Counted from the first letter of the stretch, positions 1 to 9,780 are shown. The stretch is DNA of 56,292 bases from an uncultured Clostridia bacterium (GCA_947629355.1 CANRDJ010000002.1:1-56292), one strand, 5' to 3'. Notes: generated by a model from the sequence alone, not told the origin. Numbers and translations: made by a program.

Positions 1-291
1 TGAATTTGTAATAGAATGTAGCAGAAAATTTTAAGAAAATTGATAAGGATTAATTAAAATCAACAAAGCACTCAATGGAGCTTTTAAATAGAAAATATCT
101 AAAAGATAAATAAATGTGTAGGAGAACAAATTGAAGAAACTATTCTCAAAAAAGAGAGTAGTTTTTTGTGAATATATCTTTATAAAAAGAAAATAAAGTT
201 GCAGATATCAAAATAAAAGTTTCGTTCTAAGATAAGCTCCCTATGAATACAATGTACAAAACAGTGTATTGCTAGAGGAGGTCTTTCTTTT

Positions 292-552
292 ATGAGGAAC
301 ATATCAATAGAAGAGCGAGCAGTTTGCTTAGCACAGTATATTATAGATTCTAAAGATACAGTACGTGGAGCAGCAAAAAAATTTGGTATTTCAAAATCTA
401 CAGTACATAAAGATGTAAGCGAAAGATTAGTTCGTATAAATAAAACTTTAGCACTAGAAGTTAGAAAGGTTTTAGATGAGAATAAAGCAGAGAGGCACAT
501 AAGAGGGGGAATGGCAACTAAAAGAAAATATTGCAAAGATAAATCTGGATGA
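292..552 (+). CDS. spoIIID: stage III sporulation transcriptional regulator SpoIIID
   Basis: 86 aa. HTH segment GISKSTVHKDVSERL and RHIRGG motif match SpoIIID. RBS gaggagg upstream. Confidence 0.85.
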   Translation: MRNISIEERAVCLAQYIIDSKDTVRGAAKKFGISKSTVHKDVSERLVRINKTLALEVRKVLDENKAERHIRGGMATKRKYCKDKSG

Positions 553-562
553 AAGTTAAGTA

Positions 563-601
563 TGTCCCAAAGAGTAGTCTCTTAAAGGGACACTTTTTTT
601 G
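563..601 (+). terminator. rho-independent terminator after spoIIID
   Basis: TGTCCC...GGGACA stem with an inner AAGAG/CTCTT extension, followed by a T7 run. Confidence 0.6.
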
Positions 602-667
602 TATTATTCACAAAACAACAATCTTCGACATAAAATATACTACCAACATTATTTTGGAGTGATAATA

Positions 668-1484
668 ATGAACATAAAAAAAGGCGATATTGTAGGTAGA
701 AAATCGTATGGAAAAGATGTTTTTTTTATTGTAGATAATATATTAAAAACTAGATTAGATAATAAATTTGCAATACTTAAAGGTTTAAATATACGTATTA
801 TGGCAGATAGTCCTATAGATGATTTAGAAATAATTAATAAACAAGATGTTATAAACAGCATAAAACTATCAGATATAGATTTAGAAAATAGAATAAAAAA
901 AAACAAAGACAAAATAAATGATAGTTTAAAAAGACAAAGAATGTATACGGGTAAGATTTTACATTTAGATGGGGATAGAAAATATAGCGAAAAGTCCGCT
1001 AGATATTATAATAAACTTGGATTAAATGCAATAGTTAAAAATATAGTAGAAAATAGACAAGCAAAAGTAGTTGTGCCACTTCTTAATAAATATAATCCAG
1101 ATATTTTAATAATAACTGGGCATGATGCAATGCTAAAAAATGGTAGTAACTATAGTAACATATATAATTATAGAAATTCTCGGGCATTTTATAAATACTG
1201 TAAAGGAAGCAAGAAAATGGGGAGTAAGCTCTGATAAACTAGTTATATTTGCAGGAGCTTGTCAAAGCTTTTATGAAGGTATAATATCTGCAGGTGCAGA
1301 TTTTGCTTCATCACCAGCCAGAATACTAATAGATTTTGTAGATCCTTTAATTGTTGCAGAAAAAATTGCAACTACTGAAGAATATAGGTTTGTCAGTAGC
1401 CTTGAAATTTCTAAAGAAATAAAAGAAGGAGCAAGAGGTGTTAGTGGGATTGGAGCAAGAGGAAAAAGTAGGATTATAGGATAG
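668..1484 (+). CDS. yabG: sporulation-specific protease YabG; the frame needs a +1 shift at CGG 1181-1183
   Basis: Track ORFs 599-1234 and 1140-1484 join if C1181 is skipped (..YRNS|GHFINTVKEARKWG..). ILHLDGD, TGHD and FAGACQS motifs are typical of YabG. ATG 668 has the RBS ggagtg; TTG 599 is less likely. Confidence 0.75.
1181..1183 (+). other. yabG: in-frame CGG +1 recoding site (TCT CGG G)
   Basis: Zero frame runs to a stop 17 codons later. The +1 frame gives NS-G-HFINTVKEARKWG. Confidence 0.7.
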
Positions 1485-1592
1485 TAATATTCATGTAACG
1501 ATAATGTAACACAATTGTAATATTACATGGTTAAAATCAATAAAAGCTTAGAGCTGAAAGCGATACAGAAAACAAACAATTTAAGTAGTTTT

Positions 1593-1621
1593 TTGACAAT
1601 TTTCATTTCTAATGATATAAT
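1593..1621 (+). promoter_or_regulatory. sigma-A type promoter of veg
   Basis: TTGACA (1593-1598), 17-nt spacer, TATAAT (1616-1621). Confidence 0.6.
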
Positions 1622-1655
1622 TACATCATCTAAAATATGAAGGTGCGTGAGGTTT

Positions 1656-1928
1656 ATGATCTACAAAAATGATATCTCTAATATAAAAAATGAGATAGGA
1701 GAAAAAATAGGACAAAAGATAATTGTTAAAGGATCCCTTGGAAGAAATAAACCTTTTGAAGAACAAGCAATTATAAAAGAAACATATCCAAATATATTTG
1801 TAGTGAAATATGAAGAACATGATACTAATGTTAGTTACAGATATACAGATATACTTACAAGAGATTTAGAAGTTTCAGTGTTTGATGGAGAAGGATATTG
1901 TCCATTAATCCCACCAGTACAAAAGTAA
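1656..1928 (+). CDS. veg: Veg protein (biofilm/sporulation-associated small DNA-binding protein)
   Basis: About 90 aa. Motifs IKNEIGEKIGQKIIVKGSLGRNK and ETYPNIFVV are typical of the Veg family. The track ORF starts at GTG 1647; ATG 1656 has better RBS spacing. Confidence 0.8.
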   Translation: MIYKNDISNIKNEIGEKIGQKIIVKGSLGRNKPFEEQAIIKETYPNIFVVKYEEHDTNVSYRYTDILTRDLEVSVFDGEGYCPLIPPVQK

Positions 1929-1941
1929 AAATATGTAAGAT

Positions 1942-1973
1942 AAAAAATTCCTAATTAATTAGGAATTTTTTTT
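1942..1973 (+). terminator. rho-independent terminator after veg
   Basis: Perfect palindrome AAAAAATTCCTAAT/ATTAGGAATTTTTT with a T-run. Confidence 0.75.
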
Positions 1974-2023
1974 GCCCATCTTAATATAATATATATTATC
2001 AAACTTTAAAGGAGGGATTTTAT

Positions 2024-3562
2024 ATGCTACCAGAAACAGAAAAAGAAAGAGTATGCATAAATCAAGTAATTGGGCAAAATGTAAAAGAAAGTAAAGTAGA
2101 AGGAGATGTTATAGTAAATGATATTAAGCCAGATGTATTAAATATAATTAGTGCAGACGGAATACCATGTGTATATAAAAAAGAAATAATGGATGGAAAG
2201 GTTAGAATTGATGGAAGTATTAATACATATATTATATACTTAGCAGATGATGAAAATAGTACAGTAAGAAGCTTAAATACAGTTTTAGATTTTACTCAAG
2301 TAATAAATATAGATGGATGTATGCCAGGTATGACATCAAAAGAAAATGTAAATATAAAAAATATTGAATGTAGGGTTTTAAATGGAAGAAAAATAAATGT
2401 TAAATCAACTTTGAGTATAACTTCAAAGGTTTATTCAAATGATAATATAGAAATAATATCTAATGTAAGTAATTTAGATGATGTTCAAGTTTTAAATAAT
2501 GAAAAAAAAGTTAATTCTTTGATTGGAGATGGAAACACAAGAGTATATGCAAAAGATACAGTAAATGTGGATACAGCAGATGAATTAGCAGAGATAATGA
2601 AAGCAAATATTAGAGTTGTAAATAAAGATATAAAACTTAGTTACAATAAAGTTTTAGCAAAGGCAGATGCAGATGTTGCAATTTTATACTTAACAGAGGA
2701 TAACAGAATAAAAAGCATAAATACAAAGATACCTGTTATGGGATTTATAGATATAGAGAATATTTCAGATAACAGTATATGTGATTTAGATTATCAAATT
2801 AAAAATTTAATAATAAAACCAAATACAGGAGATATGCATTCAATATATATTGAAGCAGAAATAGAAATTTCGTGTTTTGCATATGAAACGAAAAATATAA
2901 ATTTAATTGAGGATATGTACAGTATATCATCAGATTTAAACTTCAATCAACAAGAAATTATGACAATGTCAGGAAAACAAAATGTAAAAGAAAACTGTAA
3001 TATAAAAGAGCAAATTAATATTCCTGAAATGAATGGTAATAGATTATATAATGTTAAAGTTACTCCTAATATATTAAATACAACTATAAGAAATAGTAAA
3101 ATTATATATGAAGGAGAAATGTCAATAGAATTACTATATGAAATGAATAATAGTGTTAATTCTAAAAATATAGAGATACCATTTAATTTTGAAGTAATGT
3201 CTGATGGTATAGATGAAAATTGCACAGTAGATACAGATATTGACCTAAAGAAAGATGATTTTATTGTAAATAATGGAAATATAGATGCTAATATAGATTT
3301 AGAATTTAATGTTAGTATAAGTAAAAACGAAAAGTTAAATATAATAAATGAAATTTCACTAGGAGAGACAAGAGAAAATAATATATATAGTATGGTAATC
3401 TATTTTGTAAAACCAGGAGATACTATTTGGAAAATTTCTAAAAAATTTAAAAGTACAATAGATGATATAGTAAGAGTAAATGAAATAGAAGATCCAAACA
3501 AAATTTATCCTGGACAGCAGTTATATATTCCTAAATTTGTAAAAAAGAGAGTAGCGGTATAG
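2024..3562 (+). CDS. sporulation-associated protein with repeated beta-rich N-terminal region (DUF3794-like) and C-terminal LysM domain
   Basis: 512 aa. The C-terminus YFVKPGDTIWKISKKFKSTIDDIVRVNEIEDPNKIYPGQQLYIP is a LysM motif. The DUF3794-like call for the N-terminus rests on memory of the family. Confidence 0.6.
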   Translation: MLPETEKERVCINQVIGQNVKESKVEGDVIVNDIKPDVLNIISADGIPCVYKKEIMDGKVRIDGSINTYIIYLADDENSTVRSLNTVLDFTQVINIDGCMPGMTSKENVNIKNIECRVLNGRKINVKSTLSITSKVYSNDNIEIISNVSNLDDVQVLNNEKKVNSLIGDGNTRVYAKDTVNVDTADELAEIMKANIRVVNKDIKLSYNKVLAKADADVAILYLTEDNRIKSINTKIPVMGFIDIENISDNSICDLDYQIKNLIIKPNTGDMHSIYIEAEIEISCFAYETKNINLIEDMYSISSDLNFNQQEIMTMSGKQNVKENCNIKEQINIPEMNGNRLYNVKVTPNILNTTIRNSKIIYEGEMSIELLYEMNNSVNSKNIEIPFNFEVMSDGIDENCTVDTDIDLKKDDFIVNNGNIDANIDLEFNVSISKNEKLNIINEISLGETRENNIYSMVIYFVKPGDTIWKISKKFKSTIDDIVRVNEIEDPNKIYPGQQLYIPKFVKKRVAV

Positions 3563-3565
3563 TAA

Positions 3566-4267
3566 ATGGATAGTATATATTCAAGAAAAAGAATAAAAAT
3601 TCCAAAAGTAAAAGGATTTTATACAAATAATAAAAATGCTAAAAAAATTTTTAGCATTTTTATTATAATATTAATTATGCTTCTTACATTTTATAGTTTA
3701 TTTAAATCTATTAATCCAATTTTTGAAGGGTTGTGTATAGAAAGAGCCAGGGAAATAGGTACATACATAATGAATAATGCTTCTAACAAGATATTAGATA
3801 AAACAGACTATAATAATATTGTAACTATTGAAGAAAATGAAGAGAATAAAGTATTAAAAACAGATGTTGTTATAATAAATAAGATTGCCTCTGATATTGC
3901 GTTAGAAGCGGAAAAGCAATTCAAAGAATTAGAAAAAGAAACAATAGAAATACCAGTTGGTGCTTTAAGTGGAATTAAACTTCTTTCTGGAAGTGGACCT
4001 AATATTCACATAAAAGTTATTCCAACAGGTAATATTTTAACTGAAATGAAGAACGAATTTGTATCAACAGGTATAAATCAAACAGTATATAGAATATATT
4101 TAGAATTGACTTGTAAGGTTAGCATAGTAACCCAATATAAAACAATACAAGATGAAGTTATAAATCAAGTGCTTTTAGTAGAAAGTGTAATAGTAGGTGA
4201 AGTACCACAATCATATTATAATTTAGAAGGAATTGGCCAAGACAATGTAATGGAAGTAATAGAATGA
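3566..4267 (+). CDS. yunB: sporulation protein YunB
   Basis: 233 aa with an N-terminal TM segment. The block IPVGALSG..LSGSGPNIHIKVIPTG...GINQTVYRIYLE resembles the YunB family. Confidence 0.65.
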   Translation: MDSIYSRKRIKIPKVKGFYTNNKNAKKIFSIFIIILIMLLTFYSLFKSINPIFEGLCIERAREIGTYIMNNASNKILDKTDYNNIVTIEENEENKVLKTDVVIINKIASDIALEAEKQFKELEKETIEIPVGALSGIKLLSGSGPNIHIKVIPTGNILTEMKNEFVSTGINQTVYRIYLELTCKVSIVTQYKTIQDEVINQVLLVESVIVGEVPQSYYNLEGIGQDNVMEVIE

Positions 4268-4361
4268 AAATATATAATTTTACAATAGATAAAATACTCC
4301 AAATATGCTATAAAAAAAGAAAATTTATAGGGCATTTCTAGCTTATATAACATAATAAGTA

Positions 4362-4393
4362 AGATAGTAACTTATATGCGTAAGTTACTATCT
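4362..4393. terminator. bidirectional terminator hairpin between convergent genes
   Basis: AGATAGTAACTTA / TAAGTTACTATCT 13-bp stem with a 6-nt loop. Confidence 0.6.
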
Positions 4394-4407
4394 ATTTAAT
4401 TAAATAA

Positions 4408-5535
4408 TTATATATCTTTTCTTTTTAAAACTATTAAAGCTATTGCAGATAATGCCATTGTAAATAAAGCAATGCCTATAGTATCTTCTGAACCTGTTTT
4501 AGGACTTGTATCTTTTTTTGGAGTTGAATTTAATTTAAGTTTTGCATATATAGTTGTATCTGTAGTTATTGGATCTTCAAAATTATATTCTGTTTTATAC
4601 TTTTCATCAGTATAGAAACCAGTAATAGAATACTTACTTAAACCTAAAGAAGCTAAATTAATTTTAGATGTTAAATCTTCTTTAGTTAGAACAGTATTTT
4701 CTTTTACTGTTACAGTTGCAGTTTTATCATTTAATTTAATTGTTACTGTAATATTTTTTGCAAAGCTTTCGCCTTCAAGCTGAATTTTATCATTTTCATT
4801 ACTTTTGAATACAACTTGATTATTTTCATCTGTTACAACAATTTTATTACCATTTAAAAATATTTGATTTTTAGTAGTATCAGTATTTTCTACTGAAAAT
4901 TCAGTTAAGCTATCATTTGTTGCAAGGTAAATAACATTTTCAGTTTGTGTTGATGTTAATTCACCATTCATAATTAATTTTGGTTGATTGCTTTTTTCTG
5001 AATCTGGAATTTCTTTTCCTTTAGCAACTTCTATACCATTATTAGAATTTTCTAAACCATTATGTCCTAATGATAATTTTATAACTTCTACTGTACCTGC
5101 ATTTACTAATATTCCACCATAACCATTATCAGTAGCTGTTACATTATCTAAAACAAGGTAACCACCATTGTAAGCTTGAGCTCCATATTTTTTACTATTT
5201 TTTAAAGTGATATTAGATAAAGTAACTTTTGCATCTATACCAGAAGTAATTAAAGTAGCATTACTTCCATTATCACTCCAGTTATTATCATTTTTAGATA
5301 TACTAAATCCATTACCATTAATTGTAATTCTTTTACCAGTTATTTCAATTGGTTTAATAAGGGATATGTTTGTTGTAAGCTTAATAACATCATCGTCTGT
5401 AGCTTTTTCAATAGCAGTTCTTAATTCTTCATCAGTACTTACTGTGCTGGTAGTAGCTTTGCTAAAATTAGGAATAAAAACAATGAATAATAGCAATATA
5501 AATATAGATAAAGCTATTTGTTTAAAATTTTTCAT
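4408..5535 (-). CDS. cell-wall-anchored surface protein (beta-helix-like repeats plus a Listeria/Bacteroides-type repeat), SPKTG sorting signal
   Basis: 375 aa. N-terminal signal peptide. C-terminus is SPKTG, then a hydrophobic segment, then KRKDI. The repeat ITGFYTDEKYKTEYNFEDPITTDTTIYAKL is Flg_new-like. Confidence 0.65.
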   Translation of the reverse strand: MKNFKQIALSIFILLLFIVFIPNFSKATTSTVSTDEELRTAIEKATDDDVIKLTTNISLIKPIEITGKRITINGNGFSISKNDNNWSDNGSNATLITSGIDAKVTLSNITLKNSKKYGAQAYNGGYLVLDNVTATDNGYGGILVNAGTVEVIKLSLGHNGLENSNNGIEVAKGKEIPDSEKSNQPKLIMNGELTSTQTENVIYLATNDSLTEFSVENTDTTKNQIFLNGNKIVVTDENNQVVFKSNENDKIQLEGESFAKNITVTIKLNDKTATVTVKENTVLTKEDLTSKINLASLGLSKYSITGFYTDEKYKTEYNFEDPITTDTTIYAKLKLNSTPKKDTSPKTGSEDTIGIALFTMALSAIALIVLKRKDI

Positions 5536-5804
5536 AATATTAATCCTTTCTTAAATTATTTTAAAATGCTTTATTTAAAGCATTTTTTAATAATAATTAT
5601 TCTATACATTTATAAAAATTTTATACAAAATTTTTAATTTTAACTTATTTTTCAACAAATTTTTTAAAAAATTATCTAATTACTATTTTAGACTTTAATA
5701 GAACTATTTGAATAAATAAGACTTGATAAAAAATGTATAATATGATATAAAATATAAAGAAAAAAATGATTGTAAAATAAATATAAATTTAGGAGGTATT
5801 TAAA

Positions 5805-6344
5805 ATGGCAGATTTAAAAGGGACAAAAACAGAAAAAAATTTAATGGAGGCATTTGCAGGAGAATCACAAGCAAGAAATAAATATACATATTTCGCAAGC
5901 AAAGCAAAAAAAGATGGATATGAGCAAATAGCAGCAATATTTCAAGAGACAGCTGATAATGAAAAAGAACATGCTAAAATGTGGTTCAAATTACTAAATG
6001 ATGGAATTCCTTCAACAGAAGAAAACTTAAAAGCAGCAGCTGGAGGAGAAAACTATGAATGGACAGATATGTATGCTAAATTTGCAAAAGAAGCAAGGGA
6101 AGAAGGATTTGATCATATAGCTGATTTATTTGAAGGCGTAGCAAAAATAGAAAAAGAGCATGAAGAAAGATATATGAAATTATTAGAAAACTTAGAAAAC
6201 GGATTAGTATTTTCAAGAGATGGAGATAAAATTTGGAAATGTAGAAATTGTGGACATATTCATATTGGTAAAGAAGCTCCAGAAGTATGCCCAGTATGTG
6301 CACATCCAAGAGCATATTTCGAAATCAAAGCAGAAAATTATTAA
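5805..6344 (+). CDS. rbr: rubrerythrin
   Basis: 179 aa. Ferritin-like [10 protein letters not shown] / EKEHAKMW / EKEHEERY motifs and a C-terminal rubredoxin CRNCGH...CPVC. Confidence 0.9.
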   Translation: MADLKGTKTEKNLMEAFAGESQARNKYTYFASKAKKDGYEQIAAIFQETADNEKEHAKMWFKLLNDGIPSTEENLKAAAGGENYEWTDMYAKFAKEAREEGFDHIADLFEGVAKIEKEHEERYMKLLENLENGLVFSRDGDKIWKCRNCGHIHIGKEAPEVCPVCAHPRAYFEIKAENY

Positions 6345-6404
6345 TAATTGAAAAATAAAAAATTTGAGGTGCCAATTTGTCACCTCAAAAAATAACGATA
6401 AAAA

Positions 6405-6430
6405 GTGGTTCCAAAATGGAATCACTTTTT
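6405..6430 (+). terminator. rho-independent terminator after rbr
   Basis: GTGGTTCCA-aaa-TGGAATCAC followed by TTTTT. It is preceded by a second hairpin at 6363-6390 (TTTGAGGTG/CACCTCAAA). Confidence 0.55.
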
Positions 6431-6521
6431 AGTTTTAATTTACAAAAAATACCAAAAATCACTTGACTTTTACAAACAAATGTTTTAAGATATATGTAGT
6501 TTAATATAAGGAAGTGTATAT

Positions 6522-7409
6522 ATGCCAAATGAATTAAATGTGGTAAGTAATGAAGATATAAAAAATTTAATATACACAATAAGAGGAAAGCAAGTAATGC
6601 TAGATAGTGATGTTGCAGAATTATATCAATATCAGACTAAACGTATAAATGAAATTGTAAAGAGAAATATAGAAAGATTTCCAGACAACTTTTGTTTTCA
6701 ATTAACAGAAAGAGAAACCTTAAATTTAAGGTCGCAATTTGCGACCTTAAATAAAAAACTTAATAAAGGAAAGGTTACAAGAAAATATCTTCCATATGTA
6801 TTTACAGAACAAGGTATTGCAATGCTCTCAGGATTACTAAAAAATGATATAGCAATTAAAGTAAGTATAAATATAATGAATGCTTTTGTAGAAATGAGAA
6901 AATTCATATCGTCAAATTCACAAATGTTTGAGAGATTAACAAAAGTAGAGTATAAAATGTTAGAATATGATAAAAAATTTGATATTCTATTTAATGAATT
7001 ACAAAAGGATGAAAATTTTAAACAAAAAATATTTTTTGAAGGACAAATTTATAATGCTTATAGTTTAATAATTGATATAATAAAAAGTGCAAAGAAAAAA
7101 ATATTAGTAATAGATAATTATATTGATGATAGTATTTTAAAAATGCTAGCTAAAAAGAGAAAAAATGTAGAAGTAGTAATATTAACATCGGATAAAAGTA
7201 ATATACAAAATATTGATATACAAAAATTTAATAGACAATATCCAATTCTAAAAATGAGTACAAGTAATAAATTTCATGATAGATTTATAATAATTGATAA
7301 TAAGGAATTATATCATTGCGGAGCATCAATAAAAGATTTAGGTAAAAAATGTTTTGGAATTAATAAAATAGAGGATGAATGTATAATTGAAAAAATGATA
7401 AATGTATAG
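6522..7409 (+). CDS. ORF6N (KilA-N-like) domain protein with a C-terminal PLD/HKD-like module
   Basis: 295 aa. N-terminus IRGKQVMLDSDVAELYQYQTKRINEIVKRNIERFP matches the ORF6N family. C-terminus FHDRFIIIDNKELYHCGASIKDLGKK resembles an HxK/HxD nuclease motif. Confidence 0.6.
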   Translation: MPNELNVVSNEDIKNLIYTIRGKQVMLDSDVAELYQYQTKRINEIVKRNIERFPDNFCFQLTERETLNLRSQFATLNKKLNKGKVTRKYLPYVFTEQGIAMLSGLLKNDIAIKVSINIMNAFVEMRKFISSNSQMFERLTKVEYKMLEYDKKFDILFNELQKDENFKQKIFFEGQIYNAYSLIIDIIKSAKKKILVIDNYIDDSILKMLAKKRKNVEVVILTSDKSNIQNIDIQKFNRQYPILKMSTSNKFHDRFIIIDNKELYHCGASIKDLGKKCFGINKIEDECIIEKMINV

Positions 7410-7413
7410 CAAT

Positions 7414-7445
7414 AAAAAATCCAGAATATAAATTCTGGATTTATA
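7414..7445. terminator. bidirectional terminator between the ORF6N gene and rpsI
   Basis: AATCCAGAAT-ataa-ATTCTGGATT flanked by an A-run and a T-run. Confidence 0.65.
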
Positions 7446-7460
7446 TATATATTTGTGTAA

Positions 7461-7865
7461 TTATCTCTTAGAGAATTGTGGAGCTTTTCTTGCTTTTTTA
7501 AGTCCGTATTTTTTACGTTCTTTCATTCTTGCATCTCTTGTTAAAAATCCAGCAGATTTAAGAACTGGTCTATATTCAGCATTTGCTTCTACTAAAGCTC
7601 TTGCTATACCATGTCTTATAGCTCCTGCTTGACCACTAATTCCACCACCTGTTACTTTTGCAATAACATCAAATTTGTCTAATGAGTTTGTTGCAACTAA
7701 TGGTTGTTTTACTATAACTTTTAAAGTTTCAACTCCTAAAAATTCATCTAAAGGTTTATTGTTTATTGTAATGTTTCCATTACCATTTGCAAGTCTTACT
7801 CTTGCTATAGATTTTTTTCTTCTACCTGTTCCATAGAATGTTATTTTTTCTTTTTTTGTTGCCAT
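7461..7865 (-). CDS. rpsI: 30S ribosomal protein S9
   Basis: 134 aa. GTGRRK..ARV and [19 protein letters not shown], ending in [12 protein letters not shown]. Confidence 0.95.
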   Translation of the reverse strand: MATKKEKITFYGTGRRKKSIARVRLANGNGNITINNKPLDEFLGVETLKVIVKQPLVATNSLDKFDVIAKVTGGGISGQAGAIRHGIARALVEANAEYRPVLKSAGFLTRDARMKERKKYGLKKARKAPQFSKR

Positions 7866-7866
7866 A

Positions 7867-8304
7867 TTACTTTACCTCCCAAACTTCAGGTTTCTGTGCT
7901 TGATTTTCATGTTCTGATCCTGCATAAATTCTTACTTTATTAATCATTTTTCTTCCTAATCTATTATGTGGAAGCATTCCTTTTATTGCAAGCATCATTG
8001 CTTTTTCAGGATTTTTTGTAAGCATTTCTTTAGCTGTTAATTCTTTCATACCTCCAATATATCCTGAATGATGTCTATATATTTTTTGATCTAATTTTTT
8101 TCCTGTTAAAATAACATTACTACAATTTAGTATAATAACATGATCACCTGTATCTTGATTTGGTGTAAATGTTGGTTTATGTTTTCCTCTTAATAATTTT
8201 GCAGCTTCAGCAGCTACTCTACCTAATGGTTTTTGGCTAGCGTCAATTATATACCATTTACTTTCAATTTCACTTTTCTTTGCCATATATGTTGTATTAT
8301 TCAT
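7867..8304 (-). CDS. rplM: 50S ribosomal protein L13
   Basis: 145 aa. [40 protein letters not shown]. Confidence 0.95.
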   Translation of the reverse strand: MNNTTYMAKKSEIESKWYIIDASQKPLGRVAAEAAKLLRGKHKPTFTPNQDTGDHVIILNCSNVILTGKKLDQKIYRHHSGYIGGMKELTAKEMLTKNPEKAMMLAIKGMLPHNRLGRKMINKVRIYAGSEHENQAQKPEVWEVK

Positions 8305-8450
8305 TGTAAAGTTGTTCCTCCCTTATTAACTTATTTTTTAATTATATAAGACACATTTTTAATCTACCGGGTAATAGGATAAAATATAATCTTACAAATA
8401 TTCGTACCCAACTATTTTAATATATAAATTAAAAAAAGTCAACAAAAACC

Positions 8451-8479
8451 TTGACATTTTTAAAAAAATAGGTTATTAT
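8451..8479 (+). promoter_or_regulatory. candidate sigma-A promoter of the infC operon
   Basis: TTGACA (8451-8456), 17-nt spacer, TATTAT (8474-8479). Confidence 0.45.
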
Positions 8480-8627
8480 ATTTAAGGTTAAAGAAGAAGA
8501 ATCCACTTCTCACCTTATCCAAATGGGGAAAAAGGTTAATATTTAAATTACAAATAACAAAATAGGTAATATAAATATCGATGTGGATTAACTTGTTCTT
8601 TAGAACAAGTTTTTCATTTGTCTGGAG
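8480..8627 (+). promoter_or_regulatory. L20-leader-like attenuator upstream of infC-rpmI-rplT
   Basis: About 150-nt leader ending in the terminator hairpin AACTTGTTC-ttta-GAACAAGTT plus TTTT (8590-8614), just before the infC RBS. The position matches the Firmicute L20 leader. Confidence 0.5.
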
Positions 8628-9146
8628 GTGAATAAGATAAAGCAAGACCTATTAATAAATGATCAAATAAGATTCAAAGAAGTTCAAGTAATTGATAGTG
8701 AAGGAAATAAATTAGAAAAAATGTCTATACATGATGCAATAAACTTAGCAATGGATAAAAATTTAGATCTAGTTTTAGTTTCTTCAAATCCAACTAATCC
8801 AGTATGCAAACTAATGAATTATGGAAAATATAAATTTGAACAAGCAAAACGTGAAAAAGAATCTAAAAGGAAACAAAAAATATTTGAGCTAAAGGAGTTA
8901 AGAGTCACACCTAATATTGAAGAACACGATTTTAATTTCAAAGTTAAGAATGCTAAAAAATTTTTAAGTGAAGGAAATAAAGTTAAAATAACAGTTAGAT
9001 TTAGAGGTAGAGAACTTAACTATGTAAAATTAGGTGAACAGGTATTAAATAAATTTTCAGAAGAATTATCTGAAATAGCAACATTAGAAAAAAAACCTTT
9101 GTTAGAAGGAAAAAATATGTTTATAATACTAGCACCAAATAAATAA
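8628..9146 (+). CDS. infC: translation initiation factor IF-3
   Basis: 172 aa; INDQIRFKEVQVIDSEGNKL matches IF-3. GTG 8628 overlaps the GGAGG RBS, so in-frame ATA 8637 is the more plausible non-canonical start. Confidence 0.9.
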   Translation: MNKIKQDLLINDQIRFKEVQVIDSEGNKLEKMSIHDAINLAMDKNLDLVLVSSNPTNPVCKLMNYGKYKFEQAKREKESKRKQKIFELKELRVTPNIEEHDFNFKVKNAKKFLSEGNKVKITVRFRGRELNYVKLGEQVLNKFSEELSEIATLEKKPLLEGKNMFIILAPNK

Positions 9147-9169
9147 TAATCATATAAGGAGGTACAAAA

Positions 9170-9367
9170 ATGCCAAAATTAAAAACAAATAAAGCAGCTG
9201 CAAAGAGATATTCTTATACAGCTAAAGGAAAAGTAAAAAGAACATCAGCAAACTCTAGACATAGATTAGCAACAAAAACAAAAAGACAAAAAATGTCAAG
9301 AAGAGTAAAAGCCTATGCAGATAAAACATGCGAAGCAGGAGTTAAAAAATTATTACCATATGGATAA
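9170..9367 (+). CDS. rpmI: 50S ribosomal protein L35
   Basis: 65 aa; MPKLKTNKAAAKRY. Confidence 0.95.
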   Translation: MPKLKTNKAAAKRYSYTAKGKVKRTSANSRHRLATKTKRQKMSRRVKAYADKTCEAGVKKLLPYG

Positions 9368-9380
9368 GGAGGAAATTTAA

Positions 9381-9731
9381 ATGGCAAGAGTTAAAACAGC
9401 AAGAATAACAAGAAAAAAACATAAAAAAGTGTTAAAACAAGCAAAAGGATATTTTGGAGCAAAAAGTTATAGATTTAGAAATGCAAATCAAGCAGTGCTT
9501 AAATCATTATCATATGCTTATGTTGGAAGAAAAGATAAAAAAAGTAATTTTAGAAAATTATGGATCACAAGAATAAATGCAGCGGCAAGAATGAATGGAA
9601 CAACATACAGTAAAATGATTGCAGGACTAAAAAAAGCTAATGTTACAATCAATAGAAAAATGCTTGCAGACTTAGCAGTAAATGATATGAAGGCATTTAC
9701 AGAAATTGCAGAAATTGCAAAAAAAGCATAA
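9381..9731 (+). CDS. rplT: 50S ribosomal protein L20
   Basis: 116 aa; MARVK...[35 protein letters not shown]. Confidence 0.95.
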   Translation: MARVKTARITRKKHKKVLKQAKGYFGAKSYRFRNANQAVLKSLSYAYVGRKDKKSNFRKLWITRINAAARMNGTTYSKMIAGLKKANVTINRKMLADLAVNDMKAFTEIAEIAKKA

Positions 9732-9749
9732 AATGAAATAAAAAAATTA

Positions 9750-9780
9750 GAAGCTAGAATTAAATTCAGCTTCTTTTTTT
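9750..9780 (+). terminator. rho-independent terminator after rplT
   Basis: GAAGCT...AGCTTC stem followed by T7. Confidence 0.6.

Noticed and set aside
240-291. A sigma-E promoter upstream of spoIIID (GAATACAAT resembling the CATACA-T -10 element).
   Set aside because: No convincing -35 element at the right spacing could be identified by eye. It is too weak to list as a feature.
180-536. Antisense or overlapping ORFs in the track. Examples: 180-536(-), 649-912(-), 2947-3225(-), 5207-5554(+), 14505-14786(-), 14606-14800(+), 24227-24679(-), 29331-29777(-), 38047-38505(-), 39420-43232-region minus ORFs, 54273-54590(-).
   Set aside because: All lie opposite well-supported genes, have low-complexity Leu/Ile/Phe/Ser-rich composition typical of AT-rich antisense frames, and lack an RBS.
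599-667. N-terminal extension of yabG from TTG 599, and extension of rimO from ATG 30219.
   Set aside because: The extensions encode non-conserved sequence and lack an RBS. ATG 668 (MNIKKGDIVGRK) and ATG 30261 (MKVGFVSLGC) match the family N-termini and have Shine-Dalgarno sequences.
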